Shown here in pieces: positions 17,693 through 27,301 of a DNA stretch of 39,088 bases. The notes beneath the pieces are model-generated. The model was not told the DNA's origin. It saw nothing but the letters and a program-made list of their open reading frames with translations, and did not search any database. Positions within the stretch are counted from its first letter, which is position 1, and every line of letters starts with the position of its first letter. The position numbers were made by a program, and so were the translations under genes. Source of the DNA: a virus (taxonomy: Duplodnaviria; Caudoviricetes); the IMG/VR virus record IMGVR_UViG_3300030376_002948, positions 1 through 39,088 of that record. The stretch is one strand, 5' to 3'.

Positions 17693-17741
17693 TTAATTTG
17701 GTAAACGGATTTATAGCTCTCCCATTGTAAGGAGAGAGACT

Positions 17742-18563
17742 ATGGATATTACTTTTAAAGACTTTATCGACCAGCAGATACATCGTATGTGGGAGGGACG
17801 ACACCTAAAAGAGTGTCGGTCTAAGCTATCTAGATTTTGTAACTTCGAAGACTTTGGGTCTAAGGCACTAAACAGGTTCAAGCCAGCTGACATTGATATG
17901 TTCACTGACTACCTCATTGAGAAGGACTGTTCTAATGCTACCATCAATAGATACCTGAGCGCACTGAGCAGGGTATTTAGATTTGCAATACACCATCAAC
18001 TCATCGAGACAGCTCCCAATATTATGTGGAAGCGAGAGAACAAGGGAAGACCTCGTTACTTTAGTGTCGAAGAGATTGCACAGTTAAAAGATTTCTTTGC
18101 TGGTCATAAGCATTGGTACGTCGGCGAAATGTTAAACATCAGTCTTAACACCGGGATGCGTCGTGGTGAGATTTTGCAGATTGGTGACGAAGCTCATTGG
18201 GATAGTCAGTCTACAGCCATACTTTTGCCTAAGACTAAAAATGGTGACGACAGAGTAGTTCCACTTAACGAACAGGCGACACATTCAATTAAGAACCTTG
18301 ACGGTTGCCCCAAAAGATATTTCACGAACCGCACATTCTATGATGCGTGGGCAGAAGCTAAACATGAAATTGCGCCACATGATGAACATTTTGTGTTTCA
18401 TGTTGCACGTCATACTTGTGCAACGATGTTGGCGAACAACCAAAACGTCAACACTGTACTTATCGGTACAATTCTTGGTCATAGGTCTGAGGCTACAACT
18501 CGTAAATACATTCACTCCGACCAAGGTCGTCTTCATCAAATTCTTAACGAACTGAAGGTGTAG
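17742..18563 (+). CDS. int: Tyrosine integrase
   Basis: ATINRYLSAL, TGMRRGEI (R), KTKNG (K), HVARHT (HxxR), LGH, TRKY (Y); AGGAG SD. Confidence 0.95.
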   Translation: MDITFKDFIDQQIHRMWEGRHLKECRSKLSRFCNFEDFGSKALNRFKPADIDMFTDYLIEKDCSNATINRYLSALSRVFRFAIHHQLIETAPNIMWKRENKGRPRYFSVEEIAQLKDFFAGHKHWYVGEMLNISLNTGMRRGEILQIGDEAHWDSQSTAILLPKTKNGDDRVVPLNEQATHSIKNLDGCPKRYFTNRTFYDAWAEAKHEIAPHDEHFVFHVARHTCATMLANNQNVNTVLIGTILGHRSEATTRKYIHSDQGRLHQILNELKV

Positions 18564-18567
18564 TCAG

Positions 18568-18666
18568 ATGTTAACAGTATATGAGTGGATTAAGGATGCC
18601 TTGGCTTTTATATCTATAATAATCTACGGCTGGTTAATGTGGTTTTTTGTTCTGTTTGTTGGGTAA
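18568..18666 (+). CDS. 32-aa hydrophobic peptide (MLTVYEWIKDALAFISIIIYGWLMWFFVLFVG)
   Basis: AAGGTG SD upstream; single TM helix; below the ORF-track cutoff. Confidence 0.5.
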   Translation: MLTVYEWIKDALAFISIIIYGWLMWFFVLFVG

Positions 18667-18694
18667 TAATATTACAATTTTGGGTAATTTTAGG

Positions 18695-18714
18695 TTTTGT
18701 CCACCCCTTGGAGA
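18695..18714 (+). promoter_or_regulatory. Candidate phage RNA polymerase promoter
   Basis: ttttgtccaccccttggaga, 15/20 identical to 31140-31159; both are intergenic and upstream of + strand operons. Confidence 0.5.
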
Positions 18715-18765
18715 AGCAGTGGGTCAAATAATAGCGGAACGCAAAAGGTACATAAGGGGTAGCGA

Positions 18766-21252
18766 ATGAAGGGTTCAATATTTGAAGAACTACAGCGTGA
18801 AAACGAGATGTCTCAAAAGGGGCGCAGTAGGTTCACGATGCGTAACGACAGACTACAAAAGTCTAACCAGAATAACGCCCACAACCAAATAGAACTTGCG
18901 TTACCAAAAGTTTCTGAGGCAATTACCGAAGCTATCCTAAATAAGCTTAACGACGATAAGGGTGGTAGACCACCGCATTGGCTAGAGTACATTAGGGAAG
19001 TTGACGCTGACAAAGTTGCTTACATAGGTCTCAACTCATGCATGGATGCAGTCGGTCAAAACTCATCACTAACGAAGACCATAGTCACTATGGGTCGGTT
19101 CATAGAGCTTGAGATATTTGCTCAGGGATTACGACAGAGCGATGCTAAGGCGGCTCGTAGGATTGAAGAGAAAGTAACTAAAGACCACTCAAGTATGCGC
19201 CACAGGGTCAAGGCGGCTCGTATCATTGCCTCTCGTAATGGCTATGTTCAAGAGCCTTGGGCTGACGAGGTAAGAGCCAAAGTTGGAATGATGGTTTGGA
19301 ACTGTATCAGCTCGTCTGTAGACCTCTTTGAGATTTGGGAGACATCAGACCGCTCAGGTAAGACCATGCGTCGTATAGGCTTCACAGACACTCTTAGGGA
19401 TGCTTTGGATACGATGGACGCAAAGTTGGCTTGGGCTGAACCAATGTTCGAGCCGATGATTGTAAAGCCTAGAGATTGGACTTCGATTAGTGATGGTTGC
19501 TACTGGGAGACCGCTCTAAGCTCCCACATTGCTCTCGTTAGATATGCTTCCAAAAAACAGCTAGAGATTATTAAGCATGACCTAAATACCTCTCAGGGTC
19601 GTGCTGTGCCTTACATAGATGCCCTTAACAAAATACAGTCGAGTGCCTTCAAGATTAATCCTTACGTTCTCGATGCAGTAAAGTGGGCTTGGGAAGAGGG
19701 TAAGCAGTTCGGTAAGTTTCCCCGACGCAACTACTTAGACAAACCTAAGCGGTCTCAGGATTGGGCTAGTAAGTCTGATTACGAGAAGAAGGCTCACATA
19801 ATTAAGACTAGAGGTATTGTCGTCCGTAACAGGTCTGTCGATGGTAACCGGGCTGTTATGAAGTCTGACATCAATACAGCTGACTACCTCAGTCAGTATG
19901 ATGAATTCTATCTGCCTCACAACTTTGACTTCAGGGGCAGGGTGTATCCAATACCTCACTTTAATCACCACAGGGACGACCATATCAAGGCGATGTTTTT
20001 AATTGCCAACGGTAAGCCCTTGGGTGAGAGCGGATTAAGTTTTATAGCTCTACAGGTCGCCAACTCCGGTGACTTCGAGAAGGTAAGCAAGAAGTCATTC
20101 GATGACCGTCTGAAGTGGGTTACTGATAACGAGAGCAAGGTAATGGCTGTCGGTAAATGCTTCAAGGAAAGCTACGACATCTGGAGCAAAGCCGATTGTC
20201 CTTTTCAGTTCTTGGCGGCTTGTCGAGAGTATTACCTCGCATGTCAAATGGACAACCATGAGGATTACATCAGTGGTCTGCCAGTTGGTCTCGACGGAAC
20301 TAATTCTGGTATCCAGCATTATGCTGCGGCATCACGTTCAACAGATGATGGTGTTCTCGTAAATCTTATTCCCGGCGAAGCCCCAAGAGATATCTATCAG
20401 GCTGTAGCTGACCGTGTGAATGACCTCATTAAAGATTGTGATGAACCCGAAGCAAGGCTTTGGCGTGATTACGGCGTTGGTCGTAAGACTGTGAAACGTA
20501 ACGTAATGACTTTCGGTTATTCATCCGAACAGTATGGGTTCGCCAATCAGATTATGGAAGACCTGATGCGTCCTCTCCAAAACATGGTCATCAATAATGA
20601 GCTTGATAGACACCCATTTGGTGACGACGAAGGGTACAAGGCAAGTCAGTACTTAGCCAAGCAGAACTGGATAGCTGTTAATGAAGTTATCAAGTCAGCT
20701 TCAGAAGGCATGAAGTTCTTCAAGGAGCTGGCATCAACTTGCGCCCATAATGAGATAGCCATGCGTTGGACTACGCCTATCGGCTTTCCTGTCGTTCAAA
20801 GATACAACGACTGGGATTTAAAGAAGATTAAGCTATACCTACATGACCGTGAAGCAAAAGTGTACAAAAGATCTCAGGTATCAATCAGGTCAGACAAGGC
20901 TGTTAAAATTAACAAACGTAAAAGCAGGTCAGCGGTGTCTCCAAATATCATTCACTCGGCTGACAGCTGTCACTTGTTGATGACGGTTCGTCATGCGGCA
21001 ATGAAGGGTGTTAAGGATTTCTTCTTAATTCATGACAGCTTCGCTACTGTCCCGGGTGACACTTGGCTCATTTATGATGCCATCCGATATAGCTTCGTAA
21101 CCATGTATGAAGAGTGGTGTTTATACTCATCGATACTTGAAGAAGTTAAACAGCAGATACCTCTTAGTGCGGTTGATAAATTACCAGAAGTCCCGGCTAA
21201 GGGTGACCTCGACATTAACGTCGTCCTAAACAGCGAGTACTGCTTCTCGTAA
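18766..21252 (+). CDS. T7-like single-subunit DNA-directed RNA polymerase
   Basis: DFRGRVY, GLDGTNSGIQHY (motif A), RKTVKRNVMTFGY (motif B), PNIIHS, IHDSF (motif C), C-terminal YCFS. Confidence 0.97.
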   Translation: MKGSIFEELQRENEMSQKGRSRFTMRNDRLQKSNQNNAHNQIELALPKVSEAITEAILNKLNDDKGGRPPHWLEYIREVDADKVAYIGLNSCMDAVGQNSSLTKTIVTMGRFIELEIFAQGLRQSDAKAARRIEEKVTKDHSSMRHRVKAARIIASRNGYVQEPWADEVRAKVGMMVWNCISSSVDLFEIWETSDRSGKTMRRIGFTDTLRDALDTMDAKLAWAEPMFEPMIVKPRDWTSISDGCYWETALSSHIALVRYASKKQLEIIKHDLNTSQGRAVPYIDALNKIQSSAFKINPYVLDAVKWAWEEGKQFGKFPRRNYLDKPKRSQDWASKSDYEKKAHIIKTRGIVVRNRSVDGNRAVMKSDINTADYLSQYDEFYLPHNFDFRGRVYPIPHFNHHRDDHIKAMFLIANGKPLGESGLSFIALQVANSGDFEKVSKKSFDDRLKWVTDNESKVMAVGKCFKESYDIWSKADCPFQFLAACREYYLACQMDNHEDYISGLPVGLDGTNSGIQHYAAASRSTDDGVLVNLIPGEAPRDIYQAVADRVNDLIKDCDEPEARLWRDYGVGRKTVKRNVMTFGYSSEQYGFANQIMEDLMRPLQNMVINNELDRHPFGDDEGYKASQYLAKQNWIAVNEVIKSASEGMKFFKELASTCAHNEIAMRWTTPIGFPVVQRYNDWDLKKIKLYLHDREAKVYKRSQVSIRSDKAVKINKRKSRSAVSPNIIHSADSCHLLMTVRHAAMKGVKDFFLIHDSFATVPGDTWLIYDAIRYSFVTMYEEWCLYSSILEEVKQQIPLSAVDKLPEVPAKGDLDINVVLNSEYCFS

Positions 21253-21273
21253 CCAATAAAAGGTCAAATCATT

Positions 21274-21444
21274 ATGCACCCTCGTGAGAAAGCAATCGGG
21301 GAAGCTTTGTTGTGTATGCAACGTGGCTTACCCATGCCTAAGGAATTGTCTGAACGCCTTAAAGATTTAGACATCAATATCCATACATTACTCGAACAGG
21401 AGAGACAAAAAGATGGAAATCAAATACATATCCCCGATTGGTGA
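21274..21444 (+). CDS. 56-aa hypothetical protein (MHPREKAIGEALL...)
   Basis: AAGG SD; fills the gap between RNAP and SSB; not in the ORF track. Confidence 0.55.
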   Translation: MHPREKAIGEALLCMQRGLPMPKELSERLKDLDINIHTLLEQERQKDGNQIHIPDW

Positions 21445-21928
21445 GCTACTCTATCCGCACATCAATCGTGAAGACCCGAGCTATGGTCGTTATAAAACAG
21501 TATTCAAGCTGAGTGCTGACGAAGCTAAAGAGTTCATTGAGCATTGTCACAACTTAGCCAAGGATGAGTTTCGCACGACTGATGGTGTTCATCTTCCATA
21601 CAACATTGACGCTGAAGTTGGCACTGTTGAAATCAAATGTTCTTCAAAGTACCCACCTCAGATTGTGGATGACCAGGCTCAACCAATGGTCTTTGAGGAT
21701 GCGCCGGAAATCTACGGTGGCACAAAAGCCAAGCTTAAAATCAAGCTCAGATGTAATGACGTACCACCAAAGAAATACGTTTCTGCATACATGAGCGCAG
21801 TGCAAATCATTGAGCTTGCTTCTATCCCTACAGGTTTCGAAGCAGTAGAAGGTGTAAAAAGTGCCAAAGAAGAACAACAAGCAGAACCAGCGGCATCGGA
21901 CTTCGACAAGTACCAAGTCAGCGCATAG
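21413..21928 (+). CDS. T7 gp2.5-like ssDNA-binding protein
   Basis: SPIGELLYPHI...YK, IYGGT, AVQIIEL, acidic tail; located between RNAP and endonuclease. Confidence 0.8.
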   Translation: MEIKYISPIGELLYPHINREDPSYGRYKTVFKLSADEAKEFIEHCHNLAKDEFRTTDGVHLPYNIDAEVGTVEIKCSSKYPPQIVDDQAQPMVFEDAPEIYGGTKAKLKIKLRCNDVPPKKYVSAYMSAVQIIELASIPTGFEAVEGVKSAKEEQQAEPAASDFDKYQVSA

Positions 21929-22316
21929 GTTTAGGTCTAAATTTGAACACAAGATTGCCGAGCAGATTACCAATGGTGGACTGTCGGTAGAATACGAAAC
22001 AGATAAGATTGCCTATGTTGTACCCTCAAGACATTCGCAATACTGCCCCGACTTTAAGCTGCCCAAACCCGGCGGCTTTTTTTATGTCGAGGTCAAAGGT
22101 CGTTGGCTGGTCGAAGATAGACACAAGCATCTGCTTATCAAAGAACAGCATCCAGACCTAGACATCCGTTTCGTATTCCAAAACGCAAAGACAAAACTCT
22201 ACAAGGGTTCGCCTACAAGCTACTCCGACTACTGCGACAAGCATGGTTTCGTGTACGCCGATAAGCGTATCCCAGAGGATTGGCTTTGTTGCCTTAGCGA
22301 CATCCGCAAAGGCTAA
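21861..22316 (+). CDS. T7 gp3-like endonuclease I (Holliday junction resolvase)
   Basis: FRSKFE, YCPDF, EVKGRW, KHLLIKEQHPDLDIRFVF, IPEDW. Confidence 0.93.
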   Translation: MPKKNNKQNQRHRTSTSTKSAHRFRSKFEHKIAEQITNGGLSVEYETDKIAYVVPSRHSQYCPDFKLPKPGGFFYVEVKGRWLVEDRHKHLLIKEQHPDLDIRFVFQNAKTKLYKGSPTSYSDYCDKHGFVYADKRIPEDWLCCLSDIRKG

Positions 22317-22321
22317 GGAGA

Positions 22322-22381
22322 GACCCCTGCCAGCCTTCTCCCTCCTTTCTCGGGCTGGTGGGGGTTACTCATTTTGGAGAG
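22322..22381 (+). promoter_or_regulatory. 15-bp hairpin with pyrimidine anti-SD loop in the primase leader
   Basis: Stem 22322-36/22352-66; loop tctccctcctttctc; downstream SD GGAGAG at 22376-81. Confidence 0.5.
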
Positions 22382-22385
22382 CAAT

Positions 22386-23969
22386 ATGACAGAACACACA
22401 TCATCAGAATTATATAAAGCTTCCTGTGAAAACTGCGGAAGCTCAGACGGACTAGGAGTTTACGATGACGGACACACGCATTGCTACGTCTGTGGCACGA
22501 CGCAACAAAATAGCGCAACAGCTGTCCAGCTACCGATACAGACAAAGAAGAAAGAATTCAGACAAGCATTACTACCGTCCGAAGCTCAAGCACTCCCCCA
22601 TAGAAGAATAACAGAAGTTACATCCCGGAAGTTTGGTTATGGCGTAACGTCTATAAATAATAAGCTTCATGAGATTGCTAATCTTCGTAACAGCTCGGGT
22701 GCAATCGTTGCTCAGAAGATTAGGTCACCGGAAAAAGACTTCACCATAAAAGGTGACAGTAAGGACGCACAATTATTTGGGTCACATAACTGGTCGAGTG
22801 GTCGTCGTCTCATAATTACTGAAGGTGAGATTGATGCGATGTCAGTCTCACAAGTTCAGGACAATCGGTTTCCTTGTGTCAGTTTACCCAATGGCGCACC
22901 CTCAGCTCGCAAAGCTCTCCAACAACACTGGGAGTACATCGACAAGTTCGATGACGTTGTCTTGATGTTTGACCAAGACGAACCCGGGCGCAAGGCGGCT
23001 CAGGAGTGTGCTGAGGTTCTACCAGCTGGCAAGTGTCGTATTGCTTATTTGCCCCTAAAGGATGCAAACGATATGCTTGTCGCTGGTAGAACCAAAGAAT
23101 TAATTGAAGCCATCTTTCAGGCAAAGCCTTACAGACCTGATGGTATCAAGAGCGCATCCGATTGTTTGGATATTGTGCTTCAAGAAAATCAAGTCAGTGA
23201 TACCAAATATCCATATGAATTTCTTAACGACATCACAAAAGGTTTAAGACTTTCAGAGATGGTCACAGTCACCGCCGGGTCGGGTATGGGCAAGACCACA
23301 TTCGTTAGAGAGATTGCTCACAAGCTTCTCTCGGACAATAAACGTGTTGGTCTAATCATGCTCGAGGAGAGTGTTAAGAGAACACTGCTCGGACTGATTG
23401 GTATACAGCTCAATAAAAATATAACGGTTGACCGGACAGAGGTTGATGACGCTGATATCTCGTCAGCATTCAAATCTATGTTTAATGACGACAGTCTCCA
23501 GCTGTACGACCACTTCGGTAGTACTGATGTTGAGGTTGTAACCAATCGTATTCGTTACATGGTTCAGGCTCTCGAGGTTGAGTGGATTATCTTAGACCAC
23601 ATATCAATTCTTGTAAGCGGCTTGGCTACCCAAGACGAGCGCAAGTTAATCGACATGGCGATGACGAAGCTCAGGACAATCGTCCAAGAATTAAACATTG
23701 GGATGATTGTCGTGTCTCACCTCCGCCGCCCGGATGGTGACAAGGGTCATGAAGACGGAGCGCAGGTCAGGCTTAACCAGCTCAGGGGTTCACACTCAGT
23801 TGCACAGTTAAGCGACATCTGTTTGTCCCTCGAGAGAAACAAAGAATTACACGAAAGCATGAGACAGGTTCGGGTTTTGAAGAACCGATTTACAGGCGAG
23901 GTCGGTCTCGCTTGCACACTTCAGTATGACCGAGAAAAAGGTCGGCTTCGTGAAGTCAGGGATTTTTAA
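22386..23969 (+). CDS. T7 gp4-like primase-helicase
   Basis: Zn finger CENC..HCYVC, TOPRIM ITEGEIDA/MFDQD, Walker A AGSGMGKT, LDHI, LRGS, KNRFTG; ATG 22386 follows GGAGAG. Confidence 0.96.
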   Translation: MTEHTSSELYKASCENCGSSDGLGVYDDGHTHCYVCGTTQQNSATAVQLPIQTKKKEFRQALLPSEAQALPHRRITEVTSRKFGYGVTSINNKLHEIANLRNSSGAIVAQKIRSPEKDFTIKGDSKDAQLFGSHNWSSGRRLIITEGEIDAMSVSQVQDNRFPCVSLPNGAPSARKALQQHWEYIDKFDDVVLMFDQDEPGRKAAQECAEVLPAGKCRIAYLPLKDANDMLVAGRTKELIEAIFQAKPYRPDGIKSASDCLDIVLQENQVSDTKYPYEFLNDITKGLRLSEMVTVTAGSGMGKTTFVREIAHKLLSDNKRVGLIMLEESVKRTLLGLIGIQLNKNITVDRTEVDDADISSAFKSMFNDDSLQLYDHFGSTDVEVVTNRIRYMVQALEVEWIILDHISILVSGLATQDERKLIDMAMTKLRTIVQELNIGMIVVSHLRRPDGDKGHEDGAQVRLNQLRGSHSVAQLSDICLSLERNKELHESMRQVRVLKNRFTGEVGLACTLQYDREKGRLREVRDF

Positions 23970-23981
23970 TAGGAGAGAGTT

Positions 23982-24206
23982 ATGAGTGAATATAACGATG
24001 AGCGCAATGACAGAAAATATGCTGTCGTAGACATGATGGTTTGTGACAAGCCACAAGTTGTAACCTTAAAAATACCTATGAATGATTACAATGATATGGC
24101 TGAAGGTGATTTAGTTAATTACATTTCTGACTATAAAGTTGGATGGTCGTGGCAAGAAGACACCCTCACAAATGTTCTTGGTGTCACTTATACGGATGCA
24201 GATTAA
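23982..24206 (+). CDS. Hypothetical protein
   Basis: AGGAG SD; coupled to the polymerase start (TAATG). Confidence 0.7.
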   Translation: MSEYNDERNDRKYAVVDMMVCDKPQVVTLKIPMNDYNDMAEGDLVNYISDYKVGWSWQEDTLTNVLGVTYTDAD

Positions 24207-25954
24207 TGCGGCTCGTATTTGATTTAGAAACTGATGGTCTGCTTCCAGACCTGACGAGAATTCATTGTCTTGCAGTTAAGGATGTTGACACTGAAAAGGT
24301 TTACAGCTTTGAGCCAATTGATGTTGGTCATGGTATTCGTATGTTATCCGAAGCTGACGAGCTGATTGGTCACAACATTCTTTGTTTTGATATTCCGGCA
24401 ATCAATAAGGTGTTTCCTCACGTCGATATGTCAAAGCCTAAGCTGACTGATACACTGGTCTTGTCTCGTTTAATTCATTCTGACATGAGAGCAGAAGATT
24501 ACGAGTACCGTGCTTTGTTTCCGTCAAAGCTCGTGGGTAGTCACTCACTAAAGGCTTGGGGTGTTCGTATAGGTAATGACAAGGGCGACTTCGATGGTGG
24601 TGACTGGCAAACGTGGTCAGAAGAAATGCAGACCTATTGTGTTCAGGATGTTGAAGTCAGTTATGACTTATACAAACACCTTGACCCTGAAAACTTTAGT
24701 CACGATGCAGTAAAACTTGAACATGATGCGGCTCTTATCTGTGAGCGTATCGGCAACAATGGTTGGGTGTTTGATAACGATAAGGCTGTACAGCTTTACT
24801 CAAAACTCGTTGAGGAGCGAGACAGACTTGAAGTCGAGTTCTCACAACTATTTGAGCCGTGGCAGGTTGAGATACCATTTGTACCCAAGCGTGATAACAA
24901 GACCAAGGGTTATAAGAAGGGTGAACTGTTTACGAAAATTGAAGTCGTACACTTTAACCCGAATAGCCGTCAGCACATTGAACACTGTCTAAAGCGAAAG
25001 TACGACTGGAAGCCGTCACAACTTACTGATGGTGGTCGTGCAAAAATCGACGAGAAAACTTTAAATGCACTTGAGTACCCTGAAGCTAAAAAGCTTGCGA
25101 AGTTCTTCTTGTTACAGAAAAGACTAGGTCAGCTCAATGAGGGTCGGCAGGGTTGGATGCGTCTTGTTGATAAGGATGGCAGAATACGTCATCGATTAAA
25201 TCACAATGGCACATTAAGTGGTCGTGCATCTCATCAACGACCTAACCTCGCTCAAGTCCCGGCAACTCGTGCGCCCTGGGGTCAAGAGTGTAGGGAGCTG
25301 TTCACAGTTCCTGAAGGCTACAGTTTAGTCGGAGCTGACCTAAGTGGTTTAGAGCTTAGATGCTTGGCGCACTACATGGAAGATGACGGTGAGTACGCTA
25401 AACAAATTCTCGAAGGCGATGTTCACACAGCCAACCAAAATTCTGCCGGGTTAAAAACTCGTGACCAAGCCAAGACGTTTATCTATGCGCTTTTGTACGG
25501 TGCTGGTAATGAATTACTTGGGCAGGTCTCCGGCGGTAACTTTGCTTTAGGCAAAAGACTGAGAGACAACTTCGAGAAAGCTCAACCAGCTTATAAATTG
25601 TTGAGAGAGAAAACTATAGCTGTCAGCGAAAGCCGTGGTTATCTCCAAGGTCTTGACGGTAGAAGGCTTAGGGTCAGAAGCCCACATTCATCATTAAATT
25701 TATTACTTCAATCGTGTGGAGCAATCCTCTGTAAAAAATGGATGCAACTGGTTGATAGTCAGCTCGACGCTGACCAAGCCTACATCTGCGGCTGGATACA
25801 CGACGAATTGCAGATAGCAACCAAGAAGGGGTTTGAAGATTATGTCGGTAATATCACTAAACGAGTGGCGCAAGAAACAGGGGAATTCTACAAGTTTAAT
25901 CTGCCAGTCGAGGCTGAGTACCATGTTGGAGATACTTGGGCGACTACGCACTGA
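24206..25954 (+). CDS. T7-like family A DNA polymerase
   Basis: Exo motifs FDLET, GHNILCFD, YCVQDV; pol motifs ADLSGLELR, RDQAKTFIYALLYG, IHDE; start at ATG 24206 (MRLVFD). Confidence 0.96.
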   Translation: MRLVFDLETDGLLPDLTRIHCLAVKDVDTEKVYSFEPIDVGHGIRMLSEADELIGHNILCFDIPAINKVFPHVDMSKPKLTDTLVLSRLIHSDMRAEDYEYRALFPSKLVGSHSLKAWGVRIGNDKGDFDGGDWQTWSEEMQTYCVQDVEVSYDLYKHLDPENFSHDAVKLEHDAALICERIGNNGWVFDNDKAVQLYSKLVEERDRLEVEFSQLFEPWQVEIPFVPKRDNKTKGYKKGELFTKIEVVHFNPNSRQHIEHCLKRKYDWKPSQLTDGGRAKIDEKTLNALEYPEAKKLAKFFLLQKRLGQLNEGRQGWMRLVDKDGRIRHRLNHNGTLSGRASHQRPNLAQVPATRAPWGQECRELFTVPEGYSLVGADLSGLELRCLAHYMEDDGEYAKQILEGDVHTANQNSAGLKTRDQAKTFIYALLYGAGNELLGQVSGGNFALGKRLRDNFEKAQPAYKLLREKTIAVSESRGYLQGLDGRRLRVRSPHSSLNLLLQSCGAILCKKWMQLVDSQLDADQAYICGWIHDELQIATKKGFEDYVGNITKRVAQETGEFYKFNLPVEAEYHVGDTWATTH

Positions 25955-25979
25955 GTACCCAGAAGCTTACGCAATTCAG

Positions 25980-26243
25980 ATGGAGCATTTGTTTGCTCTT
26001 CTTGATGTGCTGTCTAGCGCAGCCAAAAAACCATTCACTGTCACCGGGCGCATTAGTCGAGAGAATGCTTTCACTGTTGCCTTGTGTGCAAGTGAAGGAT
26101 TGTTGACTACCAAACTCGATGAGAACGGTTTCAGCACAAACTATTCAACCAGCTGGCAGATAACCGAAGAAGGTCTTGAGTTTAAGGAGAACTTACATGG
26201 AATACTTAATGCAGAGCTTGACCGAACCAACCCTGTTGATTGA
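25980..26243 (+). CDS. Hypothetical protein (start uncertain)
   Basis: Fills the gap between polymerase and exonuclease; WQITEEG suggests a winged-helix-like end. Confidence 0.55.
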   Translation: MEHLFALLDVLSSAAKKPFTVTGRISRENAFTVALCASEGLLTTKLDENGFSTNYSTSWQITEEGLEFKENLHGILNAELDRTNPVD

Positions 26244-26958
26244 TGGTGACCTCTATTTATACAAAGCGGCTGCCGCATGTTACGAAGAGATTGAATGGGC
26301 TGAAGACCAGTGGACTACGATTACCAATCTTAACAAAGCTAAAGATATTGTCACATCCAACTTTACAAATTGGGCTGATAAGTTTGAAGCTAAGAAGATT
26401 ATTGTCTGTCTGACTGGAAGCCATAACTTTCGAAAACAAATCAGCGACACATATAAATCTAATCGTAAATCAAAACGTAAGCCTGAGGGCTTTGCGTCGT
26501 TTACCGGGTGGGCAATGAACACCTTCAGCTATTACAAGCATCCAGCTCTCGAGGCTGATGATGGTCTTGGGATTATAGCGACCATGCCGGGCAACGAAAA
26601 CACAATCATTATCAGTGACGACAAAGACATGTTGACTATACCAGCTAAAGTCTATCGTCCAGGTCAAGACCTGCTTGTTGATGTAACGTCAGACGAAGCA
26701 GATAAAAACTTTTACATGCAAACCCTTTCAGGGGATGCAGTAGATGGCTACCCGGGTATACCCGGCGTAGGCGCAAAGAAAGCCGAGACAATTCTCGGCG
26801 CACGACCAGCATGGTCGTTAGTAGAACAGGCTTACCTGAAACATGGCTTGTCAAAAGAAGACGCACTCCTAAACGCAAGACTTGCTCGAATACTCCGCTG
26901 GTCTGATTGGGATGCACAAAACAAATCCGTCAAGCTATGGACACCCGACAATGGGTAG
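26197..26958 (+). CDS. T7 gp6-like 5'-3' exonuclease
   Basis: LIDGD, NFRK..YKSNR, LEADD, DKDM, GDAVDGYPGIPGVG, ARLARIL; AAGGAG SD before ATG 26197. Confidence 0.93.
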   Translation: MEYLMQSLTEPTLLIDGDLYLYKAAAACYEEIEWAEDQWTTITNLNKAKDIVTSNFTNWADKFEAKKIIVCLTGSHNFRKQISDTYKSNRKSKRKPEGFASFTGWAMNTFSYYKHPALEADDGLGIIATMPGNENTIIISDDKDMLTIPAKVYRPGQDLLVDVTSDEADKNFYMQTLSGDAVDGYPGIPGVGAKKAETILGARPAWSLVEQAYLKHGLSKEDALLNARLARILRWSDWDAQNKSVKLWTPDNG

Positions 26959-27301
26959 ACGTGACAAAGAAATCGTACAGTGGGTAAGACAGGACAGGTT
27001 GAAGGTGGAGCAAGCAAAAGAAGCTAATAAAACCAATTCTAATGTAATTAAACCAAGCCATTACGAGCGTTGGGTTCGTGAGCCAGTAAACTTTATCATG
27101 CAGAATGATATCGAGTTTTGGAGAGGCAACATTGTTAAGTATGTCATGAGGGCTGGCTACAAACATCCAGAGGATGCCACGCCCGAACAAATTGTTGATG
27201 CCGAGATTGAGGATTTGAGAAAAGTAATCCGATACGCCGAGATGCGTATTAATCATTTAAAAGGCAAACTACCAAATGACATTTCGCAATCAATTCTCTG
27301 A
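26951..27301 (+). CDS. DUF3310 (T7 gp1.7-like) protein
   Basis: KPSHY...GNIVKYVMRAGYK...EDLRK...Y signature. Confidence 0.8.
   Translation: MGRRDKEIVQWVRQDRLKVEQAKEANKTNSNVIKPSHYERWVREPVNFIMQNDIEFWRGNIVKYVMRAGYKHPEDATPEQIVDAEIEDLRKVIRYAEMRINHLKGKLPNDISQSIL

Noticed and set aside
17310-17804. 164-aa minus-strand ORF
   Set aside because: It is antisense to the holin, tRNA-like attP and int; VTPAGLEPAT is the usual reverse-tRNA translation artefact.
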